A stretch of DNA of 64,000 bases from Ministeria vibrans ATCC 50519 (Eukaryota; Protista; Filasterea): NCBI GenBank assembly GCA_943704425.1, contig CALSCP010001488.1, positions 78,938 through 142,937 of the forward strand. The letters are read 5' to 3'. Under the pieces are notes generated by a model. It was not told the DNA's origin and did no database searches. It was given only the letters and a program-made list of their open reading frames with translations. Positions 39,523-54,190 of the stretch are shown here, piece after piece; position 1 is the stretch's first letter, and each line of letters opens with the position of its first letter. Position numbers and translations under genes: made by a program.

Positions 39523-41616
39523 TTTAGTATTATCAATTACAATAATTATGATACTCGTACCGGGGTGCGGAGAAGGAGGTTTCCGGTGCCGGCGTAGAAG
39601 ATGTTGTCGACGGCAAGGTTGTTGGGGATGGGGACCTTCTTGGTGACGGTGTTTTCGAGGTTCTTCATGAGGATTTGACGACCCTTTGCGAGTACCGCAA
39701 AGCGGTTGCGTGCGACCCAGACGGCAGCAAGACCGGCGCCGCGCTTGAGCTCGGGGTCGGAGGAGGAAGTGGCACGCGGCAGCATCATGAGAACGTAAGA
39801 GCCGCCGTCAACATTGTTGGTGAGAAGGACGGCGTGCTCGGCGGCGTTGTAGGCCATGTCGCGGTAAGGGACTGCGGGCTTCTGGCCTGCCTGACTGATG
39901 GACACGAGAGGCTGGTCGCGCGTCGTGCCAATCTCGTAGACGCGCAAGTAGCGGTCCTTGATGTAGTACAGCTTGCCTTCGTGTGCAGCATACGCGGGTC
40001 GTTCGCGCTGCAGCTTGAACACAATGAGGCCGCTGTCGTGACCGGCCGCGAACAAGTTTGAGTCGGCGTGTGCCGCGAGCACCCAGAAGCGATCTGCCTC
40101 GCGACGCACTGTCTGCACTCCCTGGCGCTTGTTCATGTCCCACACGCGAATCGAGCGATCTTCGGCACACGACAAGACGAGGTCCTGTTGACGAGACAAG
40201 TGTAAGAGAGTGAGTGTGACTGTGAGAAAGTAAGACGAGAATGGGTGGGAAAAAACTGACTTGTTTGGGATGGAAGACGATGGAGCCGACGCCGTTAAAG
40301 TGGCCACGAAAGGTGTCGACCTCCCATGCATTGGCCTCGGTGTAGCTCCAGATTTTGACTTGGCGATCGTCACCACCGCTAGCAATGAGCGACGACGCTG
40401 GGTGGAAGGTGGCGTAGTTGACACCGCGGTCGTGGCCCTCGAGAACCCGCTTGACAATTGCGTCTGACTGTCCAAACAGATCGGTGTGGCCTTGACCGTT
40501 GCCACCACGCGAGCGATCGTCCAGTCCTGGAGCAGACATTTTGCGTCGAAGACCGCTGATGTCCCACAGACGCACCGTGGCGTCGAGCGAAGCAGACACG
40601 ACCAGGTCGTCGCGTGGATGGAACTCGGCTGACATGACGTAGTGATTGTGGCCCGCCAGCACGCACATGCATGTGCGTGACTGCCAGTTCCAAATGCGCA
40701 TGGTGTGGTCGTCCGAGGCACTGATCACCCAAGGGTGTTCCTAAAGAGAAGAAGTGAGCATATTAATAATAATGATAATTATTAGTATCGTTTTGAGTCA
40801 GGCTTACTTCATGAAACTTGGTGGTGCGCACGTAGTCCTGGAAAGAAACAAGAACGTGTGAGTATACAATTATGTTCCGAGAAGGGGATGGGAGTGACAG
40901 TTTCGTTGGCGACGTACCAAGTGACCGAGGAGCGTGAAGAGACAACGACGCTGCTTATAGTTCCACACTTTGACTTTGTAGTCGTCGCCACCACTCACAA
41001 ACATCGGCTGAGACTTGTGGAAGTCAACGCCACGCACAGGCCCGTCGTGCTCGTCAAAACTGTCGATGCGGGTGCCCATCCGATAGTCCCACAACTGGAT
41101 TGAGCCCGAGTAGAGCGATGCCAAGAGCCATGGCCGTTTCGGGTGGAAGCTCAGACCTATGCACAGCAAAACGAAGGGTGAGGGCTGCAGACTGAGAGAT
41201 CGTTGGGGCAGAGGGAGGGAGGATGTGGGGGAGGGGTGCGTGTGGACGTGGGCGTGATGCGAAGGTTGGCCAGTGCGCTGTGCTGTGCTGTGCTGGAGGA
41301 TAGAGTGTCCAACGAAAAAGAAAATGGGGATGTTTGGCCATCAAGACAAATTTCCCTTGCGCTGTGGCTTGACGGGCGGTGACACTGCACAGCGACGGTG
41401 CATGGCGGGATGGGGTGGGGGTGAGAAGAGGCTGGCAAAGGGCAGAAAGAACGATTGAGACGAAATGCTGTTCGTGGCAATGTACACGACGCAGTTGCAG
41501 AGACGAATGCCGCCGAGGGGGGCAGGGCGCAGGGCTGGCTGGGCGCGGTGCCTTGCGGGCGACCAGAAAGGCCCCCGTCAAGCCCATCGATCGATGAGAA
41601 ACTGTCACTCTTTTCC

Positions 41617-41647
<31 letters not shown>

Positions 41648-41877
41648 TTTTCTGTTTGCGATCTGGAGAGTGTTTGGAGGAGAGTCGCTGAAGAGAGGGT
41701 GTTGTATGTGTGCGACTGCAAGCGGGGGTGTGCGTGGGGGATGGGCGGCAGTGACGATGGGTTCAGAGTGTTTTGTATTGTGATTGTGGAGTGTCAGAGG
41801 ATGAGGGGAAGCCGGTGGGTGTGGGGCATGCTCTCACCCTTGACTCTTGAGGACTGTGTCTCGAGTTTAGTCAGCAT
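36587..41877 (-). CDS. COPA: Coatomer subunit alpha
   Basis: [14 protein letters not shown]|[11 protein letters not shown]40 repeats ([23 protein letters not shown]), [21 protein letters not shown] and C-terminal CPFCAA...CPICQ zinc knuckle. Junctions in phase. Confidence 0.97.
38864..39130. repeat. (GC)n followed by (GT)n alternating purine-pyrimidine tract with a higher-order duplication (COPA intron)
   Basis: GCGCGC... runs into TGTG...; the block GTGGTGC[A/G]AGTGAGTGTGTGCGTGTATGTATGTGTATTATGG occurs twice. Confidence 0.92.
39438..39521. repeat. (AAT)n/(ATT)n inverted microsatellite in a COPA intron
   Basis: About 14 AAT units followed directly by about 13 ATT units. Confidence 0.9.
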
Positions 41878-41963
41878 GAGAAATGAAAAGAAGTGTAAAA
41901 TGTAAAAACAATCTTTTGCAAAATTCTCTCAAGAGTTTTATCATTATTATTCCTTTCGCCTTG

Positions 41964-43880
41964 ATGAACGATCGAGTTCGTGAGCTTGCCGAGCGCTTTG
42001 ATCCGGTCGTGGGCTCGCCGGAGCTTTGCGATCTGCTTGGAAACCGCTTCTCGACCGTACGCGTCGCACACACACTCGTCCGCCGTGCTCGTCGTCATGG
42101 TCTGTTGTAGGGTCCGCTTGGCTTGCCGCCGACGCTGCGCGTTGAAGAGATCCCTGGGGCGCTTGAGGCGCTGGCTGAGTATGACGCAGTCGTCTCGGAA
42201 ATGACCTTTGAAATCCTTCCGGTTGTGCTGCCGCTCTTGTCGTCCAACGAAGAGGCCAGTGTGCACGCTGCAGTCGCGCGCTTTCTCGAAACGTGTACGA
42301 TGTGGTGTTGTGTTTCTTGTGCTTGGTCTTTGGCTCTTGTGTGTGTTTGTTTGTATCTCTGCACTATAATATTATTACGTGTCCTGACTAAGAATTGTGT
42401 GTTTGTTTGTATCTCTGCACTATAATATTATTACGTGTCCTGACTAAGAATTGTCTCTCACTCCTCTCTCGCTTGTTCGTTCTTTCATCTTTTCCGAATT
42501 GAAGCTGCCACTCTCTGTGATGCTCCTCGGCTTGCGGCCCTTGCTGTGGTGGAATTCCTTGAGTCGGTGGTTGTTGCGAGTGGCGTGGACTTGTGTCGCT
42601 GTGTGCGCGTGCTTCCTTCCTTGCTCATCCTCCTCCGACGCATTCGCACGACGCATCGCAAACGCTTTGACATGTTTGCCATGACAACACTGGAAATGCT
42701 CACCCGTGCCATTGGTCTGGCCTTTTGCACCACCGCACAGCCCTATCCGCTTCTTGGAGACCTTCCTGTGTCGCTTGGCACTCTCGCCACTTTTGCTGAA
42801 GAGATTGCCTCCCTGTGTGACGCTCATTCGGCCGACCGACGCGCTTGTACCCATCTGATCCTGTCCATTGCTGCATTGGTCGCCTCGATAGAACCGACCA
42901 GTGCCACGCTTCGTGCGCTTCCCGGTCGCCCTTCGGTGGTCCGACACGAACAAGGCACGGCGGCCCATGAGGAGAGCGCCCATGATGAGGAGACCGCGCA
43001 GGCAATGCATTGTGTTGCCGTTCGATGCGCCACCCTTCTACGCCACACTGTGCGACGCGACGTCTCCGAGATGGTCGAGCGCTTTGTGTTGCGACCCACG
43101 GCCGCTACCAATGCGCCTACCGCTGAGGAACCTGACGCGGCCGCTTCGCTGAATATCTTTGCCACAGGTGTTGCTCTGCTTCTGGTAGAAGGGGCGCCCG
43201 ATTTTCGCTTGGCGCGGGTGCTCTCACCGGCTTACGCGTGTCTCTTGGCCAATGCGTGTGTCGAGCCGCTGTTGGTACGCACTGATCGCGAACATGGGTG
43301 TCGGCGAGGCATTGTGCTTGCCGATCAGCTCCTGGGCGACTACGGGGACATTCCTGACTGTATTGGTATTCACTCACTTGTGCGCACCCTTGGTTCGTTC
43401 ATGGTACAGTCGCCACGTGCACGAGAGCGCACAGCGACGCACTCTGTGCTCGCACGATTGCTCACCGTTCAGCTTGAGCCTTCGGCGCAACACAGTGCTC
43501 TGATAATGTCGCTAAGCACCGTGCCCTTTGCCCAGGCTTTTGGTGCCTTTGTGACACTCGCACGTGAGCAAATTCGACGCGCCCTGGACACCGGTGCGGC
43601 CAGTGAGTGGTTTGGTGCGCCGCCTCACGTGTGGACGCTTGTCAGTGCAGCACTCGATCACCGTGGTCACGCTGAAACGGATCCTGGCTGCCTGGCGGCC
43701 ATCGTGAGCCTCCTTCGCTACGTGCTTCTGCGCGACCAAGCAAATGTCACGGGTATTTGGAGCCATCGAGAACAATTGCTGGGACTTGTGCGTGAGCTCG
43801 TGGCACCCTTGTCCTTTGACTCGTTCTCGTACGACATGGCGAAGCAGGTGTTGACCATGTTGGAGGACAGAACGACGTGA
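41964..43880 (+). CDS. GLMN: Glomulin / ALF4 / YAP-binding family protein, 3 exons
   Basis: Helical-repeat protein with glomulin-like C-terminal motifs LGSFMVQSP..ER and IVSLLRYVLLRDQANVTGIW. Introns about 42058-42110 and 42295-42504 are in phase. Confidence 0.75.
42341..42454. repeat. Perfect 56-bp tandem duplication in GLMN intron 2
   Basis: GTGTGTTTGTTTGTATCTCTGCACTATAATATTATTACGTGTCCTGACTAAGAATT occurs twice. Confidence 0.95.
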
Positions 43881-43982
43881 AGGAATAATAATTATTCGAC
43901 TGTAAATAACTAATAGTATAATTAATTACCTAGACGTTTTCCCACTCCACTCCCTCGTTGTTACTCTTTTAATAAACACACT

Positions 43983-44530
43983 CAGGACAACTATACGCTA
44001 ATACAACCTGCAACAACTCTTGCCGATCGACATACAGTCTTCACAAATGGCTCGTATGAAGCAAACCAAAGAAAGGGAGGAGTCGGAGTGTACGTCCCAG
44101 GGATGCACGCAAAAAGAAGAGTGAGGGGTGGTCGAGAAGATAAGACACGACCACTCCTCGCATATGACTGGAAATTTGCAAGAGTAGAATGTGTAGAGTA
44201 ATTTCCAAACAACGGAACTATGGGCAGTGGTGGTGGCGCTGAGCGCACTCCCAGCGACGGCAGACCTTCACTTCCACGTCGACAACAGGACGGCTATTGT
44301 CAGTATAATCACGGGAGAGAAGATGACACTCAAAAAACGATGGAAATAAGAGAGTGGCAGGGTGAAGGAGTCCAAGGCGAAGAGTCGAATAGACCTAAAC
44401 AATTCGGCACCGACAGCAAGGGCGGCCGTGCGGGCAGAGATGGCATTTCACACGGGAACACATCACGGTCAAGTACGTCAAAGCTCATGTAGGCGAGGCG
44501 GGTTATGAGAGTGAGCCAGACTGGCGTGAG
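43983..44530 (+). mobile_element. Degenerate RNase H domain, probably a retrotransposon relic
   Basis: RNase H motifs appear in order across three frames: VFTNGSY..KGGVGVY (44037), ELWAVVVAL (44215), LHFHVDNRTAI (D at 44281), VKYVKAHVGEAG (44477). Frameshifts and stops; no introns. Confidence 0.75.
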
Positions 44531-45707
44531 CGAGCGAATGCGGTAGCAGAGGAGCTGGCGAAAGAAGCTTTTGCCCTAGGACTTCCAAAAAAATAAAATA
44601 AAAAGAAGGTTGCCAGATGACAAGCAGAAGCACCTTCCGTTTGAGGAGATTGCATGATGAGGAGGGCGTGACCAAGTTAAGAGCGATAGGCACTCTCGCG
44701 ACCCACACCATTTTCCTTGTCAAAGACTATCGCCCTTGCCAACGGCCTCAGGGTCATCACTCTCCTTGGACTTGATAGCATACGCTGCTCTTACTCTTCT
44801 CGGGCTCGTTGGACGGTGCTGTTCGCGAGTGCTCCCAGCCCCTGTGTATCGTCCCAGACACCTCCTTTCTCTCAAACCGCACTTAAAAGAAAGACTAAAG
44901 ATGAGCAGTCTTTCAGTAATTAGTGAACATATTTTCTCACCATTTTCTAATTTCTATCGCATCTGGAGCGTTTTGACGTAAGTCTTAAATTAAAGTCTGT
45001 CGATCTGTGACTTGTGACCCTCGCAGTATACCGGTCGGTTTCAAAGGTGTTGCACTCTGCAATGGAATTGTATTTTTTCGACTGTTCGTTTTAATGACGC
45101 TCGTGTTGGCCACCGAGACTCCCGCCCCGCCGGCTTGCCAAACACCTCGAACAAATAAAAAAGAACTGAGACAGTGGAAAACCAGACCCATTTTTCGGTG
45201 AAAAACCAGACCCATTTTTCTGATCATTTTTAAAAAAAAAATTGATACGGCTTATTAATATATAAGGTAAATATTGTACCGTTTTTCGCGTATCATGTGA
45301 ATCTATAGCTTTAAATACGCGAATAACATTCATTAGACGAAAGTTGTCATAACCTGATTTATAAACAATCTGTATCAAGCGAAAATATGAGTATATATAT
45401 ATATCTACCAGATGTTTGGGTTTATTTTCTCGTCCCCTTTTTTAATTAAGTCTTTATTTAATCATTCAGGTTTGGTGAGGATGTGTTTGTTTGTAAAGGG
45501 TATGTTTGTCGTTGGACAGACTGATATCTGTCGCGGTGATATGGATCTAGATCGCGACATTGTGTGGTGTTTGGAATTAATTGGTTCTGAGGCGGGCTAA
45601 CGAAAAGCTTCCGGAATCGTGAAAAAGAGGTAGGATGAGTGTGTTGCTAATGGTGTCTCATCTGTTTCTGTGTTAATTTGTTACAAAGAAGGCCTCGAGG
45701 ATTCTTT

Positions 45708-48753
<3,046 letters not shown>

Positions 48754-49112
48754 GAAAACAATAATCTTATTATTGAAATCATTCATTTCTGTGATCTTGC
48801 GAGCCGGTTCAGGGGCTGGGCTCTTAGCGGCTTGTGGAATGCGGGGTCTGATCTTTGAACCTGGGGGTTATTCCTTTGTGGCAGTTCATGTGATCGTAGC
48901 AGCGTGTTTTCTTTTCCTCACACAGCCCATGATTAATAATTAATTATTTTCTTAGGGTTAGCATTGTATTACTCTCTTTTATATGTGTATTAATATTTCT
49001 CTCTCTCTCTCTCCTTTTTAAGTAAACTTTTCGACTTCATTTATTCCTAATAATTATTAATTATTTACAATTTTTCATCAATATTCAATAATTATTTTGT
49101 TTATGTATCAAT

Positions 49113-51389
49113 ATGGAGCAGTACGAAGACGCCCCACTCACGGCTGTCCATCGACACCTCATCAACGAAAAGCGATCCCGTACGTTGTCGTCGATCTGCC
49201 ACTCAGCGTTGAATTAATAATTTGAATTTCTGCCGGCTTCTTCTTCTGCAGCAAACTGTGCCGCTGTGATCCCCCTTAGCATCCCCAGAGCAAGAAACAA
49301 CCCCTGCTCGCCGTTGGGCATGTCTATCGAGCTTGAAGACTACTTTCCGCCAGTGCGTGTCTGAGATCGAAATTCAAAAATTCTCACATTGGATGTTCAT
49401 TGGATGTTCGCTTGGTCTTGCAGATGCTGCAGGGAAAGCTGGACGGGCGGGTATGGAAGGAGTCTATTGGTCGGCTGAACGACGCCGGAGCACGGCAGTC
49501 CACACGGTGAGGCGGGATTGTTGTGTCGCGGCGAAACCGCAGATCTCGTGCTCACCACTGTCTCTGCTGTGCTGCAGGTGTCTTGGGCTGTGGATGTGCG
49601 CGCTGTGTGTGGTGCCGTGCCACGGAGCGTGTGCCCTCCACCTCAGCGAAGAGACGCGTCTGGAGCACCACACGGCGTTTGTGCGGCAGCTGGGCATCGA
49701 GAACAAAGTGGTAGTCACGCCGCGCCGGGAGACAGCCAGGCGAGACCAGTTAAGTTGATTATTTGTGTTTGTCGCTCTCAGGTTCTTGCAAGTGCCGACA
49801 GTGAGCTGCGACTCAAGTCGTGTCTGGTTGAAAGCGACGGTTCCATCAACGAAATCTTCTGGCTTGAGCTGTTTGTTGAAGGGGAACATGGGCCCCCTGC
49901 GCCCCTCTACACTCGCTATGCCCCCGTCCTCGTCAAATCTCCTGCATCCGTACGCACAGTCTCACCATTTACCATCATGTGATATAACTCTCCTGGATTT
50001 TTCTCTCACATCGTTCATTCGCACAGGAGACGGACAGAGACGCGCCGCCTCTCTACCACAAGTCAGAGCATCTTCATCGTTTGGTGCGCGGCAGTTTCCT
50101 CTCAGGCTTTCGTTCCTCCACTCACGGTACATACCCGCACACAATTGTCATAGAAGAGCTCACGCTTTGTATGCTCAGTGCGTTATGTGACGCGAGAGCC
50201 GACGGAGCAGGCGTCGCTGGACTCGACTGACAGCGGATGCGCAATGGCCGATCATGACCAGATGGAAGAGTCGCTCCTCAGACCTAAAACACCGTAAGAT
50301 TTCTCTTTGACCCATCATTTGTGTTTCGTGCTGTGCTGACTGTGGGGGGGTGGGTTTGTCGTAGGGCAAATCCACGACAGTTTCTTGTTGCAACTCCCGC
50401 TCGACTGCGCTTTACACCCGCCCGAGAACAGTAAGAAAAAAGGGAAAGAGTGTGAAATAAAGGTTGTGTTTGACAAACTGTGCTTACTCTGTTTACTCTC
50501 TCTCTCTTTCTCTCTGTGTGTTAGATATGATGTGTTGCAGGAGACCAACCGGTCACTGCAGCGCACCCTGGACAGCCCAGTCTATGCCAACGGGACGCCC
50601 ATGCCCCGTATGCCACTGCCCAACGTACCAACTCTCTCGGTCAGACTGTATCTCTCTCACGCACTCGTTGATTCGCTTTAGGAGGTTCCGACGTATGGGA
50701 ATGCGGACAAGGGGTCACCTGACAGTGGGTTCGGCGACGAAGTGGGCGGACAGCACACTCCACCAGTGTATGCAAACGAGACAATGTGCGCAGTGCGGCG
50801 GATGGAGCAAGTGGAGGGGGATCGCAAGGGGTCTAAGTATGCCAACGATGCTCAGATGCAGATGTACTCGCCAGTGCGGCGCCACACCCACGAATCCACT
50901 GGAACAGTGTACGCCAACAGTGCCAAGGTACAGCTGTACTCGCCAGTGCGGCACACGCGGCGATACAGGGCCAGCGGGGAGTGTGACGGCGGAGACGAAG
51001 ACGTCAACGATGACGACGACGAAGGCGCACGGGCTGCGGCAGCGACGCCAATCTATGGCAATGGCGGGTTCATGGACACATCCAAGGAGTCGCCAATCTA
51101 TGCCAATGACGAGAACCGCCACAACACCAGTGGCAACAGCAACACGGTTGCCAATAGTATCAACCAAACTCGTGTCAGTGGGGTGCACATTTATGCAAAC
51201 CACGCTCAAGACAGCAGCAAGCAGCGGCAGCACGACGACTCCACCAACCTGTCAGCAGTCTCGCTCGCCCCAACCCTCTACGCCAACGGTGCGCGCAAGT
51301 CCCCACATCTACCCCCAAGCAACGCCACACCGTCTCCCGCCGTGCCTGTCTATTCAGAACAGTTACTTGAGGACGGTGTCACCTTTTAA
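49113..51389 (+). CDS. Unknown protein: Erf4/GOLGA7-like Cys-rich N-terminal domain plus a disordered tail with nine YxN motifs, about 10 exons
   Basis: Phase-consistent exon chain from ATG 49113. LEDYFPP|MLQGKLDGRVWKESIGRLND..CLGLWMCALCVVPC..LGIENK resembles the Erf4/GOLGA7/CHIC fold. The tail carries 7 YAN and 2 YGN motifs. Confidence 0.75.
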
Positions 51390-51619
51390 CGCTGAATGTA
51401 TAAAATAATTAAGAGATAATAAATTAATAACAATAATAATAATAATTCATAGAAATTAATAACAATAATAATTTAATACGTGAAAGACTGAAAGTTCTGT
51501 TGAGAACTTGAAATTTAAGATTAATCACTCTTACGTTACAGCTTATTGTCTTATTGTCATCCAGGCTCCAGTCTGCTCTGATCGCTTCTGTATCGCCCTG
51601 CTCGTCTCTCCTGCGTGCG

Positions 51620-53821
51620 ATGGAAGCCTGGCTCGACCGAACGTGTCGGTCGTTGAAGGTAAAGCGCAGAACGAACGAACGAACACTCTCGCCTGACCCA
51701 CTGCCCGCCGCGCCTTGCCAGTACGAAGACCCCGTCGCCACCTGCACCGACGTCTCCATCTGTCTCACCCAGTATCCTCAACTCTTGGCGAAAACTGACG
51801 ACTTCAGTAAGACTTTTTTTTTTCTTCGTCGCAACACAGTCTTCACATCGCACTGCGCACAGGATCTTGTCCTCTCGACTTGTCCCACTTACTAATTACA
51901 CCGTTTGAACGAGAAACAACGGGTTCATTCGCCGTGCAAGGGGCGAAATGAGCACCAAGTTCTTTATTGTCGACCCGTTTTCGCCTCCTCCTTCCTCTCC
52001 TGCCCGTCTCGTCCACGCCCTCGCGCCCACACCCTCACACCCACACTGACCCGTCGCTCCTCCTTCCCCTCCTTCACAGCCTTTGACTCGGGGTCGACCC
52101 AAAAGCTGCTGTGTCTGTCGGGGACCGTTCCCGTCATCTTTCGTGGTACGTCCCCACTCTCTCTCTCTCTCTCTCTCTTCCACTTCGCATCAATTTTTCC
52201 CTCTCTTTGTTGTTGGTTGCCAGGTGCCAAGTACAACATCCCCGTGACCATTTGGCTCAAGCCCATCCACCCCAACTCGTCTCCCTTCTGCTATGTGACT
52301 CCCACTAACACCATGTCGGTGGCGCCCGGTCGTCATGTGGACGCCAATGGTCTCATCTACTTGCCTTACCTGCACTCGTGGGCTCCTCGTGTAAGCCTCG
52401 ATTGATCCTCCAAGAGAGATTGTTTGAACAAACGTTGTTTTGTCACATCCAGGTGTCGTCTTTGACCGACCTTTGTCGTACCATGTGCGGTGTATTTGGC
52501 ACTGAATGTCCAGTCTACGCAAAACGTGCACCAACCGCGCACCAACCGCCCCCAGCGGCGCACCCTTCCACCGCGCGACCTCCGTACTACCCTTCCACAC
52601 CTTACTCAACGCCCTCCACGGCTGGCACGCCCTCCTACCCATACGGACCCACTTCGTCGCATCTGCCCTCACCCTTTCCCCCCACTGCCGGTACAGGTGT
52701 CGCTCCCGGCACTGCCTACCCCCACCTTCACACCCCCGCCGCACAGTCCCCACCATCATCATCGCAGCAGCAGCAACAGCAACCCTTCATGCCCGTCGCC
52801 GCCATGCCCAACCACACTGACTACCTCCCCCCGCCTGTGCCCTCCCCCACGCCCCCCACCAACAACAACGCCGGCGGTGGCAGCAGCAGCAGCAACAACA
52901 ACAGCAACAACAATACGAGCCACAGTGTTGATAAAGACCAAGAAGCCGAAGATGAACTTACCGCACAATACCTCAAACAGTCACAACAGTCGGCCGTCGA
53001 AGACAAAGTGCGTCGACGGCTGCGCGACGACATTGAGGCGGCACGCGCACGCCTCGTCAGTCTGCTGATGAACCGTGCTGATGTGGACGAGTACGCGCTG
53101 ACGATCGAGCGCACACAAGCCAAACTCAACGAAGAAGAGGTACATCATGAATCGGATTGATCCATTGTGTGTTTTGCATATATATTTATTTATTGGTTGC
53201 AGAGTCGTGTGAATGAGCTCGTTTCAATGCTCGAGACGCGCTGTGAGTCACTGGAGAGTGCATTGGCACGCGTAGAGAGTGTTCCCGACATCCGAGTGGA
53301 CGAAGTAGTCACAACCACAGCGCCACTGTATGCACAGCTGCTCCAACTGGTTGCCAAGGTAACAAGAGAGTTAGAGAGAGAAACAACGTCATAGAGAGAG
53401 AGAAACAACGTGATAGAGAGAGAAACAAAGTGATATATAGAGAGAAACAAAGTGTTAGAGAGAGAGAAAAAAAACAAAGTGTTAGAGAGAGAAAAAAACA
53501 AAGTGATAGAGAGAGTGTGTGTCATGAGAAGAAAGAAACAGAGTGAGAGAAAAAGAGACAAAGAAAATGTTGGGAGAGAGAGAAAAGAAAAAGAAAGAAA
53601 CGAAGTGATATGATAGAAACAAAAATTAAGTGTACTAACTGACTGGTGCACAGGAGTACGCGGTCGAGGACACCATCTACCAACTGGGCAAAGCACTCTC
53701 ACAGAAGCACCTCACGCTCAAGGCGTATCTCCAGCACGTCCGCCATCTCTCCCGTGCCCAGTTCATGCTCCGCGCGACCATTCGAAAGGCCCGTCGCGTT
53801 GCAAACCTCCCCGATGTATAA
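51620..53821 (+). CDS. TSG101: ESCRT-I subunit TSG101/Vps23
   Basis: UEV domain (LLCLSGTVPVIFR|GAKYNIPVTIWL..PFCYVTPT..GRHVDANGLIYLPYLHSW), Pro-rich linker, SAVEDKVRRRL coiled coil and SB domain (EYAVEDTIYQL..YLQHVRHLSRAQFMLRA). Confidence 0.96.
53365..53590. repeat. Degenerate (GA)n/AAACAAAGTGAT composite repeat in the last TSG101 intron
   Basis: GAAACAACGTGAT, GAAACAAAGTGAT and AAACAAAGTGTT variants separated by (AG)n. Confidence 0.85.
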
Positions 53822-54190
53822 AATTAATAACCATCTTACACATTCGTACTTTTTTCACACGCAACAGTTTGTCGAGGCACGCATGCGATTTAACGGGGGG
53901 GGGGGGGGGGGGTTCACACAGCGATGCTGAGTCTACATTGCACTGACAAGTTGCCAGTCGTGTTCATGAAGTTACAGTTAGTGTTACACTTGTATTCCGG
54001 TTAGGGCTAGAAGAATTTAGGGTTGGTATTAGTGTTTGTATTACAGCCGAGGCATTGCGATTACTTTACATTTGATAATCATGGTGCATCGTTGTCGTTG
54101 AAAAGATTCCGTACGGATGGAACGCGACAAGTTAAACAAACGTTTGGAAAAACAAAATAATCAATTATGTACAAACAAAGAGAAGGGCGA

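Noticed and set aside
41538-41552. GCTGGGCGCGGTG resembling the 7SL/SRP RNA 5' end
   Set aside because: No Alu-domain continuation or helix-8 motif follows; likely a chance match.
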